64,000 nt of DNA from assembly GCA_951406725.2 (NCBI GenBank), contig OX597821.1, forward strand, positions 5,704,001-5,768,000, written 5' to 3'. Every line of letters starts with the position of its first letter. The stretch's first letter is position 1. The notes below the pieces were generated by a model. It worked only from the letters and a program-made list of their open reading frames with translations. It had not been told where the DNA came from and made no database searches. Source of the stretch: Octopus vulgaris. Its lineage: Eukaryota. Of the stretch, positions 1-13,400 are shown one piece after another. Both the position numbers and the translations under genes were made by a program.

Positions 1-465
1 TGCTTGCTTGCTTGCCGGATACTGGATTGTAAACGACTTCCGTCAATATGGCTTTTCTTCATATAACAGTTGTTACCTACTACGCAATTTTTGCCACGTC
101 GTTTGCAATTTACTTCAGAAGACAGCCTACATTCTTTTTTTATGTTTTCTTTTATTTTTTTTTTGTTAGTTTCATGTTGTTGTTGTTGTTGTTTGGTGTT
201 TTTGTGAAATCTTTCTGACAAAGGACTTGAGATTGAAATAGGATTTTGTGCTAATAGGTGTTATATTGTTGAAAATTTATAGTTCTGTGTTCAGTGGGAG
301 AGCGGCTTCTGTCTGTTCTACGTGGATGTATGGCTCATCGTGGACAGATCTATTTTTGTAAGTATGTATGTACGTGTCCCTTCGTATGAGCTTGTGTGTG
401 CGCGCGTAATTATATACGAGCGTCTATTTGCCTGTGTGTGTTTTTCTATGTATGTTTGTATATGA

Positions 466-949
<484 letters not shown>

Positions 950-955
950 TGGGGG

Positions 956-966
956 GTGTGTGTGTG

Positions 967-1014
<48 letters not shown>

Positions 1015-2095
1015 TATGATATTTTGTATAGTATATGTATATGTAGCTCGTGGATTTGTGTATGAGTATTTGTATAAGACTGGGTTAATTTGTGTCTGTG
1101 GCGTACGTATATGTATGTGCGGTTCTGTGTCTGTTTATGTGTGCGGGTATGTACGTGCTTCTATCTGTGAGTATGTGTGTGTTTGGATTATGTTGTGCAT
1201 ATGTATGAGTGTATTATTTGATGAGTGTGTGTGCGTGCTATTGTATGAGTTTGCGTGTGTATGGTTCTTTGTAAGAGTGTGTGTGATTTTGTTATCGTGT
1301 GTGCGTGGTTTTGTCTGTCTACACATATGTGTGTATGTGTTATTTTGTCATGTGTACGTGTGTGTGTATGTGTTTGTGTGTGTGTGTGTGCGTGTGTGTG
1401 TGTGTGTGTGTGCGTGTGTGTGTCTGTGTGTGTATGCGTGTTTGTATGTTGTCTATGCGCGTGTATCTGCAAATCTGTGTGTATTTGTATGTGTGGATAC
1501 CGCGAGTGGGTGATCGCCTGTATGAGAGTGTGTGCTTGTACGCATGCGTGTTCGTGTGGGGGTGGGGTGGGGGTGCGTGTGTGTGTGTGTGTGTGTTTCT
1601 GTGTATGCGTGTATGTCTGTGTATGTTATGCTGTGTATCTGTATATGCGACGAAAGAGCTTGAGTGTATATATGTAAAAAAGGGTGTTTATGGCGTCGAG
1701 TCTGTAAAAAGAGCTAAGTTCGTGCGTTCGTGCATGTGTGTATGCTTCCATATATGAATGTGAATGTGTGTGTGTGAACGTGTGCTTCGCTGTGCAGTTA
1801 ACTTATGTTGGAGACTGCATGTCTGTTTGTAGATACAAGTATGAAATTTCGTGTGAGTGCGTGCGTGTGTGTGTGTGTATGTGCACACGCACGCGTGTGT
1901 GTGTGTGTTTGTGTGGTGCTGTGGGCTTGTGGAGAAAATTTTGAAGGCAACTGCTTGTGTATTTAGAAACATATGCATCAGTATATGTCTATTTAGAGTG
2001 TTCTTATGAAGTTTACTTGTGTTTATGTATATGTGCGTGTGTGTGTGTTTCTATGTAAGTGGGTGTATGTGTGTGTGTCTATGAGTGTGCGTATG
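956..2095. repeat. Degenerate (TG)n-rich low-complexity tract
   Basis: Interrupted TG/TATG repeats. Confidence 0.9.
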
Positions 2096-2194
2096 CTCCA
2101 TTTGTATTTAGCATATGATTTTCAAGGTTTCGATTTGGACACATAGAATGTGTTCGGTTCTCATTGCTGTTGTTGTTGCTGCTGCTGCTGTTGT

Positions 2195-2229
<35 letters not shown>

Positions 2230-3214
2230 TTGTTGCTGTTGTTGTTGTTGTTGTTTAACCCCGGGTCAACCTTTGCTAAACAGCTCTGTGATGATAATCA
2301 TTCCAACCATAATACTCTGATAGTCTCTCACTGGACTGCGTCGTCCAATTTATCCCACTTTTTAAAGGCAATAAAACATGTTTCGAAGGAAATTTGACTG
2401 CTATTTCTAGTATGTTGATCCACCACTTTAAGGCAGCCTCATTGGCTAGTTGTATCCGATAGTAGTCATAACAGTGGTGAAGGCGGTGGTGTGGTGGCAG
2501 TGGTGTTGGCGGTTGTAGTGGTAGTGGTGATGGTGGCAGTGACAGTGTTGGTTGTAGAGGTAATGGTGATGGTGTTAATGGTGGTGGTGCTATTGGTGCT
2601 TGCAGTGATGTGGTGGTAGTGGTGGTTGCAGCGGCGGCGGCGGCGGCGGCGGCGGCGGCAGTGATAGTTCTTTCATTAAACATTTTCTCCTTGAACGTAG
2701 ACAGTAAAACGAAATCGTATTGAAGTGTGTTTTTTAAGGTTACCTATCGCGTAGGCGGTAGCATAGAAGTATTTCTAAAACGTTATACTGACTAGTGATT
2801 TGTTCTTATATAAACAAATCTTACACATGGTATATTTTTATATGTTTATATACTGTCTGAGAGAGAAACAATAAATCTACAAAATTGATGATATAAAAAT
2901 CAATTCACACCATTCTTGCTTGCCAGACAAACTTGATAACATTTTCTCCACAAGAAGCTTGACATGTATTCATCTCACCGATTAAGCTACAAAGATCAAT
3001 GTCCAATCACTCAACAGTTTTCGCAAACACGGATATCTTACATGTCTCAGTTTCATTATTTGAACTTACTTTGAGTACAGGTGTTTATTTGTATGTTTGT
3101 TGGAGTATAAGTATGTTGTACGTATACATGCATGTGTAAATATATATGTAGTACATATATATATAGAGAGAGAGAGTGTGTGTGTGTGTGTGGCAGGAGA
3201 CAGCGAGGGGGATG

Positions 3215-3268
<54 letters not shown>

Positions 3269-3439
3269 TGTATGTATGTATGTATGTATACACACAAATA
3301 TATATAAAGTTGTGTTTATTCTGTTCGCCTGCAAAACCTATGTATATGTATTTACGTGATTGTATGTATGTATATATATGTGTGCGTGTGTATGTGTGTG
3401 TGTATGAATGTATGTATGTATTATGTATATATGAATTAG

Positions 3440-3647
3440 TGTGTCTGTGATTGCCCCCCCCCCCCACTATAACTTGACAAGCGATGTTGGCGTGTTTACG
3501 TCCCTGTCAATTTGCGGTTCGGCAAAAAGAACCGATAGAATAAGTACTACGCTTACAAAGAATAAGTCCTGGGATCGATTTGTTCGACTACAGGCGGTGC
3601 CTCAGCATGGCCGCAGTCCAGTAACTGAAAAAATAAAAGAATAAAAG
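3440..3647 (+). mobile_element. SINE family C, 3' half
   Basis: GCGGTTCGGCAAAA..ACCGATAGAATAAGTAC..CAGCATGGCCGCAGTC..TAAAAGA tail shared with the 37080-37492 copy. Confidence 0.8.
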
Positions 3648-3731
3648 TATATATATCAATGTGTGTGTGCGTACGCGCGCTTGTGTGTAAATATATGCGC
3701 ATGGATGTATGTATGTATGTATGTGTGTATG

Positions 3732-3790
<59 letters not shown>

Positions 3791-4009
3791 GTATATATAT
3801 ATATTTTCATATACATATATATATATGTGTGTGTGTGTATATTTAAAGAGCTAAAAAGCCACTAAGTGGTCAGCCGTATACTAGAAGTAGATCACCTACG
3901 ATCAAACTACAAAGAAAAGAATGCTCTCTAGAGGAAAATTCAGTGGACACCAGAACAAAATGCGGGCAAGACAGATGAAAATTATATAAAAAACAAGAAT
4001 TACTCGCAG

Positions 4010-4074
<65 letters not shown>

Positions 4075-4259
4075 CGTTATATAATTAGAGTTCAGCAAAA
4101 AAAAATTACTTTACCACACACCGAACTTTTAGAAATAGCAGCCAAAGAATTTAGCAATTTCCTCTACTATAAGAAGAGTCTCCCAGACAATGTATACTCA
4201 AAAACAATTCACGTAGGCATAGAGGGAAAAATAACAAAAGATCACACTTACATCGATTA

Positions 4260-4343
4260 CTTGAGAACACCGTTTCTGGGTTAGTTAGATATAGAGATGC
4301 TAGAAATACATCCCTATATCAACATTCCTGTCATCAGCCCAAG
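4260..4343 (-). ncRNA. Type-I hammerhead ribozyme-like motif with long stem II (partly decayed)
   Basis: Minus strand: CUUGGG-CUGAUGA-[GAUAUAGGGAUG/CAUCUCUAUAUC stem]-GAAA-CGGUG-UU-CUCAAG; stem I 6 bp; base of stem II mispaired. Confidence 0.55.
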
Positions 4344-4561
4344 ATTTCGTTAAGTTTAAATTTGAGAGCACTAAAAACCGAACACACCCGTCTGATATGA
4401 GTAACCATATCATTTACCATATTTTAGTAATTTTGAAGTAAGTCGACATTTTTATTTGCTGCCAACAAAAACTGCGCTTGCGGGGTGGATTTGAAAAATT
4501 ATGATGCATAAAGATGAGACATGTGCTTTTTTCCCTCATAATTATATGCTAATGTTTGGCG

Positions 4562-4616
4562 TACCCGCTGATGAGAACTTCGCCTAGCAAATTATTTTTT
4601 TGAAAGTTCGAAACCA
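4562..4616 (+). ncRNA. Truncated hammerhead motif (core + stem II + GAAA; 3' half replaced by (TA)n)
   Basis: CTGATGA(4568-4574)-GAACTT...AAGTTC-GAAA(4610-4613); same stem II base as the 38403 HHR. Confidence 0.5.
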
Positions 4617-4640
4617 TATATATATATATGTGTATATATA

Positions 4641-4792
<152 letters not shown>

Positions 4793-4899
4793 ACAGAAAA
4801 GAGGAATTTCGGTTGTCCCCACGTGGTGGATTGTAATGTATATAAGAAATTAAAAAAGAAAATACGCACACTTACATGGTTATAATATAATTTTCAATG

Positions 4900-4932
4900 T
4901 ATCGACCGGTTTCGCAACCGCTATTCATGATA
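4900..4932 (-). ncRNA. Minimal hammerhead, A3-U8 core variant, in the PLE 3' pLTR
   Basis: UAUC-AUGAAUA-GC(GGUU)GC-GAAA-CCGG-UC-GAUA; palindromic stem III ACCGGU, GUC site. Confidence 0.65.
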
Positions 4933-6715
4933 TAATGTTTAATTTATATGAATATATATTTTTTCGTAAGAAGAAATTTGGTCCATATTGTTTGTATTGA
5001 AATTCACGAGTGAATGACTTTATAAGTTGACAAGTAAAGGGAGGTAATTGGTTGTTATTGTTGTTATTGTTGTGTGTAAGGGAGATAACTGTTTAGGTTT
5101 TGGGTGGGGAATAAATATGTGTACAGAAAGGAGACAGGTTTAAAAAAAGGGACCTTGTTTAGCAGGGGATTTATGTACAGTGATGTAATATGTAAAAATA
5201 TAAAAGTTGGTTATGCGTGCATATTAAGTTGCGTTTTGTATCTTTCAATGAAAAAAGTTTCTTTATTTAAGCGTTCTAGTTGGGAGATTGTGTCTTTGCA
5301 CTGGTAGAAAGGAAAGACTGTAAAATTTGGTTTGATGTTACCTGCACATTTTTCTATGTGTTCACTAAGAGGAATTTGTCTGTATTGCGGGAAACGGATT
5401 TGCTCCTTATGCAGAGTGATTCTCTTCCTCAAAGTTAAACTCGTTTGTTCAATGTACTGATGACTGAAACCCGAGCAGGTTATTACATAAATTAGGTTCT
5501 CAGAGGCACAGGTGAAATTAGTTTTAATTGTGAACCTCTGTCCTTGTTTGAAAAGGAAATCCGAGCCTTCAAGCAGATTGGGGCAGGTTCCATAGTTCGG
5601 GCGTCCACATTTTTCAACCGTTGGTTTCGTTGTTGTTTTGTAAAGCTTCGCATTTGTTAGTAGTCTCTTTAGCGATTTGTCTTGTTTTTTGCATTTGATG
5701 AGTTTGTGTGTTTTCAGGATGTCGTTCATTTTTGGATGTCTAGTTAGTAAAGGGGGAGTTTGCACAATAGTGTTGAATGCCTCACTGTTTCTGGGGTTGT
5801 GTGTTGATATAAAAAGAAAATTTTTTGGTTTGAGGTGTGGTGCTATGGTTTTTTGTTCTTAGTGTTTTTGTGTCTAATTGTTTGGCACGTTTAATTCCCT
5901 CGTCGATAAGAGAGGGTGGATATTGTCTTTCAATAAGTGTTGTTTTAAGGTCTTGATGACGAAGGTTCCAAGTTGTTCTATCAGATACTATTGTGCAGAT
6001 CCTTTTTGGCTAAGTTAAAAGGGATGTTTATTTTTATGTGTTTCGGATGGCATGAGTTAAAAAGAAGATATTGTTTTGAATCAGTTGGTTTATAATAAAT
6101 GTCAGTTATGATTTCATTAAATTTAATTTATCATGATGTCTAAAAATGGAAGTTGTTCTTTATTATATTCCATTGTGAATTGAATGTTACTATTTATGTC
6201 ATTTAGTGTTGTTTTGAAATCCAAAAGTTTGCCGATGTTCTCCTTCCAGATGATAAAACAGTCATCCAGGTATCGCTTCCAATTTTCTCTTATGTAGAGG
6301 TAAAATGGGTAACCATATTTCTGAAGTGATACTTCATATAAGGTGAATTCAAAATAATCCATTATTAGGCTCGTAAGAACAGGAGCTGCTTTCGTCCCCA
6401 TCGCAATTCCGCATTTCTGACGATAGTATGTGTCATCAAATAGGAAATAATTGTTCTGAAGTATAAATTTTAAGGATTCAATAATAAAGATCTGGTTTAT
6501 GCGTTCCGGGAGGACTTCGGGGTACTTTTCCAAACAGAATTTAATTGCTTTTATTCCATAGTCATGGGAGATGTTGGTGTAAAGATTGATAACATCGAGG
6601 GTGACCAATACTGCCTCTTCATTAGTCGTTTTTGGTAGGTGTTCTAACATGTCTAAATGAAGCTTTTGATGTATTTCAGCGAGGGTTTCAGTAAGATGTC
6701 TAAAAAATTGCTCAT

Positions 6716-6752
6716 TATATCATGAATAGCGATTGCGAAACCGGTCAATATA
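6716..6752 (+). ncRNA. Second (inverted pLTR) copy of the A3-U8 hammerhead variant
   Basis: TATC-ATGAATA-GC(GATT)GC-GAAA-CCGG-TC-AATA; first stem I pair mismatched. Confidence 0.55.
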
Positions 6753-7279
6753 TTAAAAATTATATTAAAACCATGTAAGTGTGCGTATTTTCCTTTTTTA
6801 ATTTCTTATATATATATACATATTGTTCTGGAAGTGTAGAAAGAGTTTTAGACAATCTACTCTCGCGGATTATATAAGTAAGATCGAAATTTTTCAGGTT
6901 TAGAAAACCTAGCTGTAAAACCGTTGTGTGGGTTTAGCAAAGAGTAAAATACAATCCAGATAAGAAGACAAAGAAATATTTTATCCCATCTTCATTGACC
7001 AATTGCAATTGTTTCTGTAGCAACTCCTTTTTCAACACCAATTTACGCAAAAGATCATGTGGAGACTTATGTAATATTTGCGATTTTAAACGTTGGAGTG
7101 ACGCTTTGTCAGACTTGTATCATAGGTGAACTCTTATGTCATACGTTTGCCAAGCTTTGAGTTTTGCTGGTATCGGGAGGAAACAAAAGGTGTAAATAAA
7201 CTTACGAATGAAAAAAATTATGATACGACGGGCAGAGCAAAAATAAAATTGATACCAAAGCTGGTTAAAAAAAATATGG

Positions 7280-7615
7280 TTAGAAGAAGGAGGAGAAGGA
7301 AAAGAAGGGAGAAGAAGAAGAAGAAGAAGAAGAAGAGGGAGAAGGAGGAGGAGAAAGAAAAGAAGGGAGGAGAAGAAGAGGGAAGAAGAAGAAGAAGGAG
7401 AAGGGGAAGGAGAAGGAGGAGAAGAAGAACAAGAAGGAGGAGGAGAAAAAGAAGGAGAAGATGAGGGAGGTGGAGAAGAAGAAGAAGAAGAAGAAGAAGA
7501 AGAAGGAGAAGAAGAAGAGGAGGAAGAAGAAGAAGAGAAAGAAGGACGTGGGGAGAACAGGGGTGGAGAAGTTTTGGTGGCTTTGCGATGGTTGTGGTGG
7601 TGGTGGTGGTGGTGG

Positions 7616-7670
<55 letters not shown>

Positions 7671-7690
7671 ACTGGTGGTGGGTGGGTTAT
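7280..7690. repeat. (AAG/GAG)n purine tract followed by GGT/GCT/GAT triplet repeats
   Basis: Direct reading. Confidence 0.93.
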
Positions 7691-8129
7691 GGTCAGTCAA
7701 ATTGAGAAATGCCAAAATGGCAGCGAATTAAGGCTGCCATAGTAATGTCTCAAATCTAAGAAACCAAATAGCCTCGACGGTCAAGTGGTCAGTGACACAT
7801 ATGGCTGTCAGTAACCATCTCATTCAGCTTGACCATATGACTGTAGAAAGCTGGTCAGATACACGTCACGACGCTGATTAACAGTGGACTTAGCAACGGA
7901 CAGTGAGACGATTAAATTGATAAATAGATGCAGTGGCTGGCTGGCTGGCTGGCTGGCTGGCCAGTTGAATGGTTGGTGAGATGAACAGCTGGAGGGGGGG
8001 GAGAAAGGGAGGGAGGGTATTTAGGAAATAATAGAGAATGGAAGACTGGGATTTTGGAGAGTATGGGAGTGGAGTCCTGTCGGGGTGATTGGAGAGATGG
8101 CGTAGATGCAAGTATGTAGATAGCTGTGT

Positions 8130-8130
8130 G

Positions 8131-8212
<82 letters not shown>

Positions 8213-8223
8213 TAGATAGATTG

Positions 8224-8254
<31 letters not shown>

Positions 8255-8465
8255 ACATAACTAGAGAAAGGAAGAGAGAAATATACGCATAGATGTAGAC
8301 AGATAGATAAATAGAAAGAGAAGAAGAAGAAGAAGAAGAAGAAGAAGAAGAAGAAGAAGAAGAAGAAGAAGAAGAAGAAGAAGAAGAAGAGGAGGAGGAG
8401 GAGGAGGAGGAGGAGGAAGAGAAAGAGAGAGAGATGAAGAGACACAGAGAGAGAGAGAGAGAGGA
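8130..8465. repeat. (GATA)n/(GA)n/(GAA)n compound microsatellite
   Basis: Direct reading. Confidence 0.93.
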
Positions 8466-8724
8466 AATCCATTAAACTGTGTGTATGCATTAAACTTTTG
8501 AATACTTGCACGTAACTAACTTTGAATGAAGCACCATTGAAGCCAACTGATATATATGTCAAAATGGAAATAGCTAAACGTCAACAGAGCACAAAGGTTT
8601 TGACTTTTACTGACCACTAACCGATTAAATGTTTGCTTTCGGTGCGTATCTTTGCTGCTCTCGCGCCAGTAAGGACAACAGTAAAACGATATGAAGAAAA
8701 TTATTGCTGTTGGTATTATCATTG

Positions 8725-9078
8725 TCTTCTTCATCTTCTCTTTCTTCTTCTTCTTTTTCTTCTTCTTTTTCTTCTTCTTCTTCTACTTCTTCTTCTTCTC
8801 CTTCTTCTTCTTCTCCTTCTTCTCCTTCTCCTTCTTCTCCTTCTTCTTCTTCTTCTTCTTCTTCTTCTTCTTCTTCTTCTTCTTCTTCTTCTTCTTCTTC
8901 TTCTTCTTCTTCTTCTTCTTCTTCTTCTTCTTCTTCTTCTTCTTCTTCTTCTTCTTCTTCTTTTTCTTCTTCTTCTTCTTCTTCTTCTTCTTCTTCTCCT
9001 TCTTCTCCTTCTCTTTCTTCACTTTCTTCTTCTTTTTCTTCTTCTTCTTCTTCGTCTTCTTCTTCTTCTCCTTCTTCT
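8725..9078. repeat. (TTC)n microsatellite, ~350 bp
   Basis: Direct reading. Confidence 0.96.
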
Positions 9079-9647
9079 AATCAGGACTCACGCCATTGGC
9101 CACAAAGAATAATTTCTAGTTCGAGCCTACTCTAAGCTACCAAAAATGCGTGTGGCAACTTGAAGATCCACCCACCACACGCGATAGACTGGCAGTTGCA
9201 CGGGTGCGAAAGCTACGTTGTTATCCTCATTCCGTAAACGGTGGCTTTTTAACGAGTGGAGGGCTGATCCATCCTGGAGTACAGAGGATTCGCAATCTAG
9301 ACTAGGGTCTGAAAGTTTACCAAACCATAGTGGGTTGCACTATGGTTCCTCTGCTTTGTGGAAGAAGTAGGAAGAAAGAGTGAGACAAAGTTGTGGTAAA
9401 AGAGTACAGCGGGGTTCTGTTCTGTGAAAACTCAAAACAGATGATATTAACAAACAACAAATAATATATCGATATATTTGCTTAATCGCTCGTTGAGCAG
9501 AGTGAGGCAATGGAATCGTGATGGACCTATACCCAGGGGGTACGTGGGTCAAAACTAAGCTCTGCGAAGAAATGGATACTATTTTTGATAATTATACTTT
9601 GCAGCTGTGTTATCGACAAATATACCAACCACACGCACATATATATA

Positions 9648-9738
<91 letters not shown>

Positions 9739-10008
9739 ATATATGTATATGTGTGTGTGAATATGTATATATATATATATGTACATATATATACGTGTGT
9801 ATGTATGTATATATATATATATATGTATGCATGTATATATATATATATATATGTATGTATGCATGTATATATGTACATGTATATATGTATATATATATAT
9901 GTATGTATGAATGTACGGGAATGAGTGGACAAAAGAAGGAAGAAAAAAGATCTCAACACATTTAGTACGAGTTACATTATTACCTAAAACAATTTTATTC
10001 GGTTAAAA

Positions 10009-10092
<84 letters not shown>

Positions 10093-10979
10093 GCGGCAGA
10101 TAGAAATTATATTATGCAATAGAAATTTATACATGGTCAAGAGGTCACAGACTGACCGGGTTAAACCAAAACCCAAACAGTGTAGTGAGTAGAAAAAGCA
10201 ACACCACATTTTGCTTAGTATATAGGATAACATAAAATGGAAAACTACAACAAAATCGGTCTTCATTACATATTTTGTTTGTGGAAACTATATTTTCTAT
10301 ATATATATTATTTTTTTTTTTTGTGGAAACTACGCCAGGTAAAGTCTCGAAGGTAAGAAGCGATTGTCTGATGTTTCTTGATGTATGTCGCGATACTTAC
10401 TTTTGATAAACCAACATATTCCTTCTGTTTTGTGGACAGGTGAGATCTACAAAATGAAGGCCGTGGTTTGCCGCGTAACTGTTAAGTGTTTTCTTTTCCA
10501 TTTCCGCATGGTTGTCCGCCATTATATGTGCATAAACCCAAAAAAACAAAGAATCTCCACTTATTGTATTTCTTCTTCAGTATTTTCCTTCTTCCCTTCC
10601 TTCCTGTAATTTTTCCCATCATTCATCTATTTATCCACTCAATCTTCTTCTTGTTGATTTATTTAATAATTTATTTATTTATTTATTTATCTCCTTATAT
10701 CCTTCCCATAATCCCATTTTCTGTGCAACCGTCGCCTCCTCCTCCATCCCTTCCTCCTTATGCTCTCCTTCTTTTCCTTCTTCCCCTCCACCTCCTCCCT
10801 ATCCCCCTTCCCTTTATACAATCCCTCCTCTTCCTCCTCCTCTTCTTCTTCTTTGTGTATTTTTCTGCCATTTATCAATCTTTACATAAATGAAACCATC
10901 CATCATACTTCCACAGTTCACCATTTCAGCATTATACACAGATGAGCACTTCCTTTCAGCTTGGTTGGGCATGCTTACT

Positions 10980-11680
10980 TTCTTTGTTGTCGTTGTTGTT
11001 ATTGTTATTGTCCTCGTCAGAATCGTTGTTATTGTTGTTCTTGCTCTTCTTCTTGTCGTCGTCGATGTTATTATTGATGTCTTTCCTGCTGTCGTTATTA
11101 CTGTTGTTGTCGTTATTGGGGTTCCACTCGTCGTCGCCGATGATGTTATTGTAGCTCTCTTCTTCTCCTTCTTCTTCTTCTTCTTCTTCGTCTTCTTCTT
11201 CTTTTCCTTCTTCGTCTTCTTTTTCTTCTTCTTTTTCTTCTTCTTTCTCTTTTTCTTCTTCGTCTTCTACTTCGTCTTCTTCTTCTTTCTCTTTTTCTTC
11301 TTCTTTTTCTTCTTCTTCGTCTTCTTTTTCTTCTTCGTCTCCGTCTTCTTTTTCTTCTTCTTCTTCGTCTTTTTCCTTTTCTTCTTCTCCTTCTTCGTCT
11401 TGTCTTCCTCCTCTTCCTTGTTTTCATTCTTGTTCTTTTTCTCTTCTTTTCTTTCTAGTTCGTCTACTACAACCACCACCACTTCTTCTTCTACTACTAC
11501 TACTACTACTACTACTACACCCGCAACTACAACTACTACTACCACCACCACCACCACCTCTACTCTTTCTACTTCTACTGCTGCCACCACCACCTTTACT
11601 ACTACTACTACTACTGCTGCTGCTGTACTACTACTACTACTACTACTACTACTCTGTTGTTGTTCTTGCTGTTGTTGCTA
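10980..11680. repeat. Degenerate GTT/TTC/CTA triplet tract
   Basis: Direct reading; explains the 263-aa poly-V/F/T ORF. Confidence 0.9.
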
Positions 11681-11811
11681 ATGCGGTGTTGAAGTCGTCG
11701 CCCTCGCCAATGTTGTTGCTCTTCGTATTATCGTTGTTGTTTGTTGCTAATAAATGTTGTTGATGTCAATGATGCCATATTGTTGTATTCCTTGTAAGCA
11801 TCTTCAGCAAG

Positions 11812-12142
11812 CATCTTCTACTATAACCCCCAATTGATCAATGCCTTGTGAATGAATTTAGTAAGCGGAAACTGTGTGGAAGCCCGTCGAATATATGTAC
11901 ATGTATGTATGTGTGCGTCAGTGTTTGTGTGCAGCTCTTTGTGTTTGCTCCAACCACTTGACAATCGGTGTTCATTTACATCCTCGTAAATTAGCGGTTC
12001 GGCAAAAGTGAACGATACATCGATAGAGTTATTCCAAAGCTTTAAAAATATATACTGGGGTCGATTTACTCGACTAAAACCGTTCAAGACAGTACCCCAG
12101 CATGGCCGCAGTTCAATGATTGAAACAAGTAAAATATAAAAG
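11812..12142 (+). mobile_element. SINE family C, 5'-truncated
   Basis: GCCTTGTGAATGAATTTAGTAAGCGGAAACTG..GAAGCCCGTCG..TTAGCGGTTCGGCAAAAG..CAGCATGGCCGCAG..GAAACAAGTAAAA. Confidence 0.75.
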
Positions 12143-12959
12143 ATAAATGATACTACCTTTACAATATAAATAATTGAACAAACTGGGTTTTTTTTAGGAA
12201 GATCATCATTAACAAAGCCTATCAACACACCTGTCGTTGTTTGTCTACATTTCCCCTCTACTTTGTTTTCAAAAGTGATGATGTTTGTTTATACCCGAAG
12301 AAATATCTTTCCCCACACCAATCTGAGGCTCTAACAATGGATGCACATTTCATCTTCTAAATGAAATATAGTCAAGCAACAACCGGTGAACGTGTTTACA
12401 GTCTTTATCACTGGAAGAAATTTTCTTTTTCTTTTTATTTTTGGTCAGTGAGTGTTATTTCCTCTCTTTTTTTCTTTTATCTAGAAATCAAAGCAAATGA
12501 CAACTATTCCTTTCGAACTTTGCTTTTATGACCTGGGCATCAATGGTTTTAAACTGACCTATTTTCCACTACATTTCAGAGAGATTCAGCACTGTGTTAC
12601 TGAAGGAGAAATATAGTTAAAGTAAATATTCTGCTCAATACCACAGATCTGCTTCTCAGTTGCTTGACTTTAACCACTTGAGCATGTCCCTTAGTGGCTG
12701 ACAATATGTGCATCTTTGATCCTGAACAGGTGCGAGGTGTACCTCTCATCAGGTGTCAAAGTGACCGCATGGCAACGCGCGATGAAGTGTTTTGCTCAAG
12801 AGCAACGCATCACCCGGTCCAGGAATCGAAATCCCATTCTCGCCGTAGTGAGCGCAACACTGTAACCAGTAGACCGTGCGTAACCCTACGACTAAATAAC
12901 ATTAGTATTGCTGTACGAATAAGTATAATAGTTAATAGCACAAAATGTATTCAAATGTA

Positions 12960-13400
12960 GGTTTCCAATTTTGACACACAGGACCAGCGCGTTCACGGGA
13001 TAGCGATGGGTAAGTCGATTATATTGACCCCAGTACTCAACTGGTACTTATTTTATCGAGTCCGGAAAGATGAAAGGCAAAGTGAACCTTGACGGAATTT
13101 GAACTCAAAACGTAAAGACAGAAGAAATGTTGCTAAGCATTTCGCCCGGCGTGCTAAAGATTCTGCCAGTTCGCCGCCTTTAATAATTTCCAGTAATAAT
13201 CCTTTCTATTATAGGCACAAGGCCTGAAATTTGGTAGGGGTTGGGGTGAGTCGATTACATCGATCCCAGTATGTAACTGGTACTCATTTAATCGATCCTG
13301 AAAAGATGAAAAGCAAAGTCGACCTAGGCAGAATTTGAACTCAGAACGTAAGAACGGATGAAATGCCGTTAAGCATTTTGCAAACAATTCTACCGCCCTT
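12960..13400 (-). mobile_element. Two adjacent SINE family B copies
   Basis: Reverse complement of GGCGGCGAACTGGCAGAATC..TTAGCACGCCGGGCGAAATGC..GAGTTCAAATTC..GACTTTGCCTTTCATC (12960-13180, 13195-13400). Confidence 0.85.

Larger units (their letters stand above)
4834..6815 (-). mobile_element. Penelope-like retroelement, 5'-truncated, RT + GIY-YIG endonuclease pseudogene, flanked by inverted pLTR copies
   Basis: ORF 6123-6650: LVTLDVINLYTNI, GIAMGTKAAP, WKRYLDDCF (PLE RT motifs). ORF 5211-5765: CGRPNYGTC, NLIYVITC, YIEQT..LRKRITLH (GIY-YIG). 4834-4936 and 6713-6815 are reverse complements. Confidence 0.92.

Noticed and set aside
12725-12760. CUGAUGA plus GAGG/CCUC hairpin on the minus strand
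   Set aside because: Followed by GCAC rather than GAAA, with no stem I/III; it lies in SINE sequence
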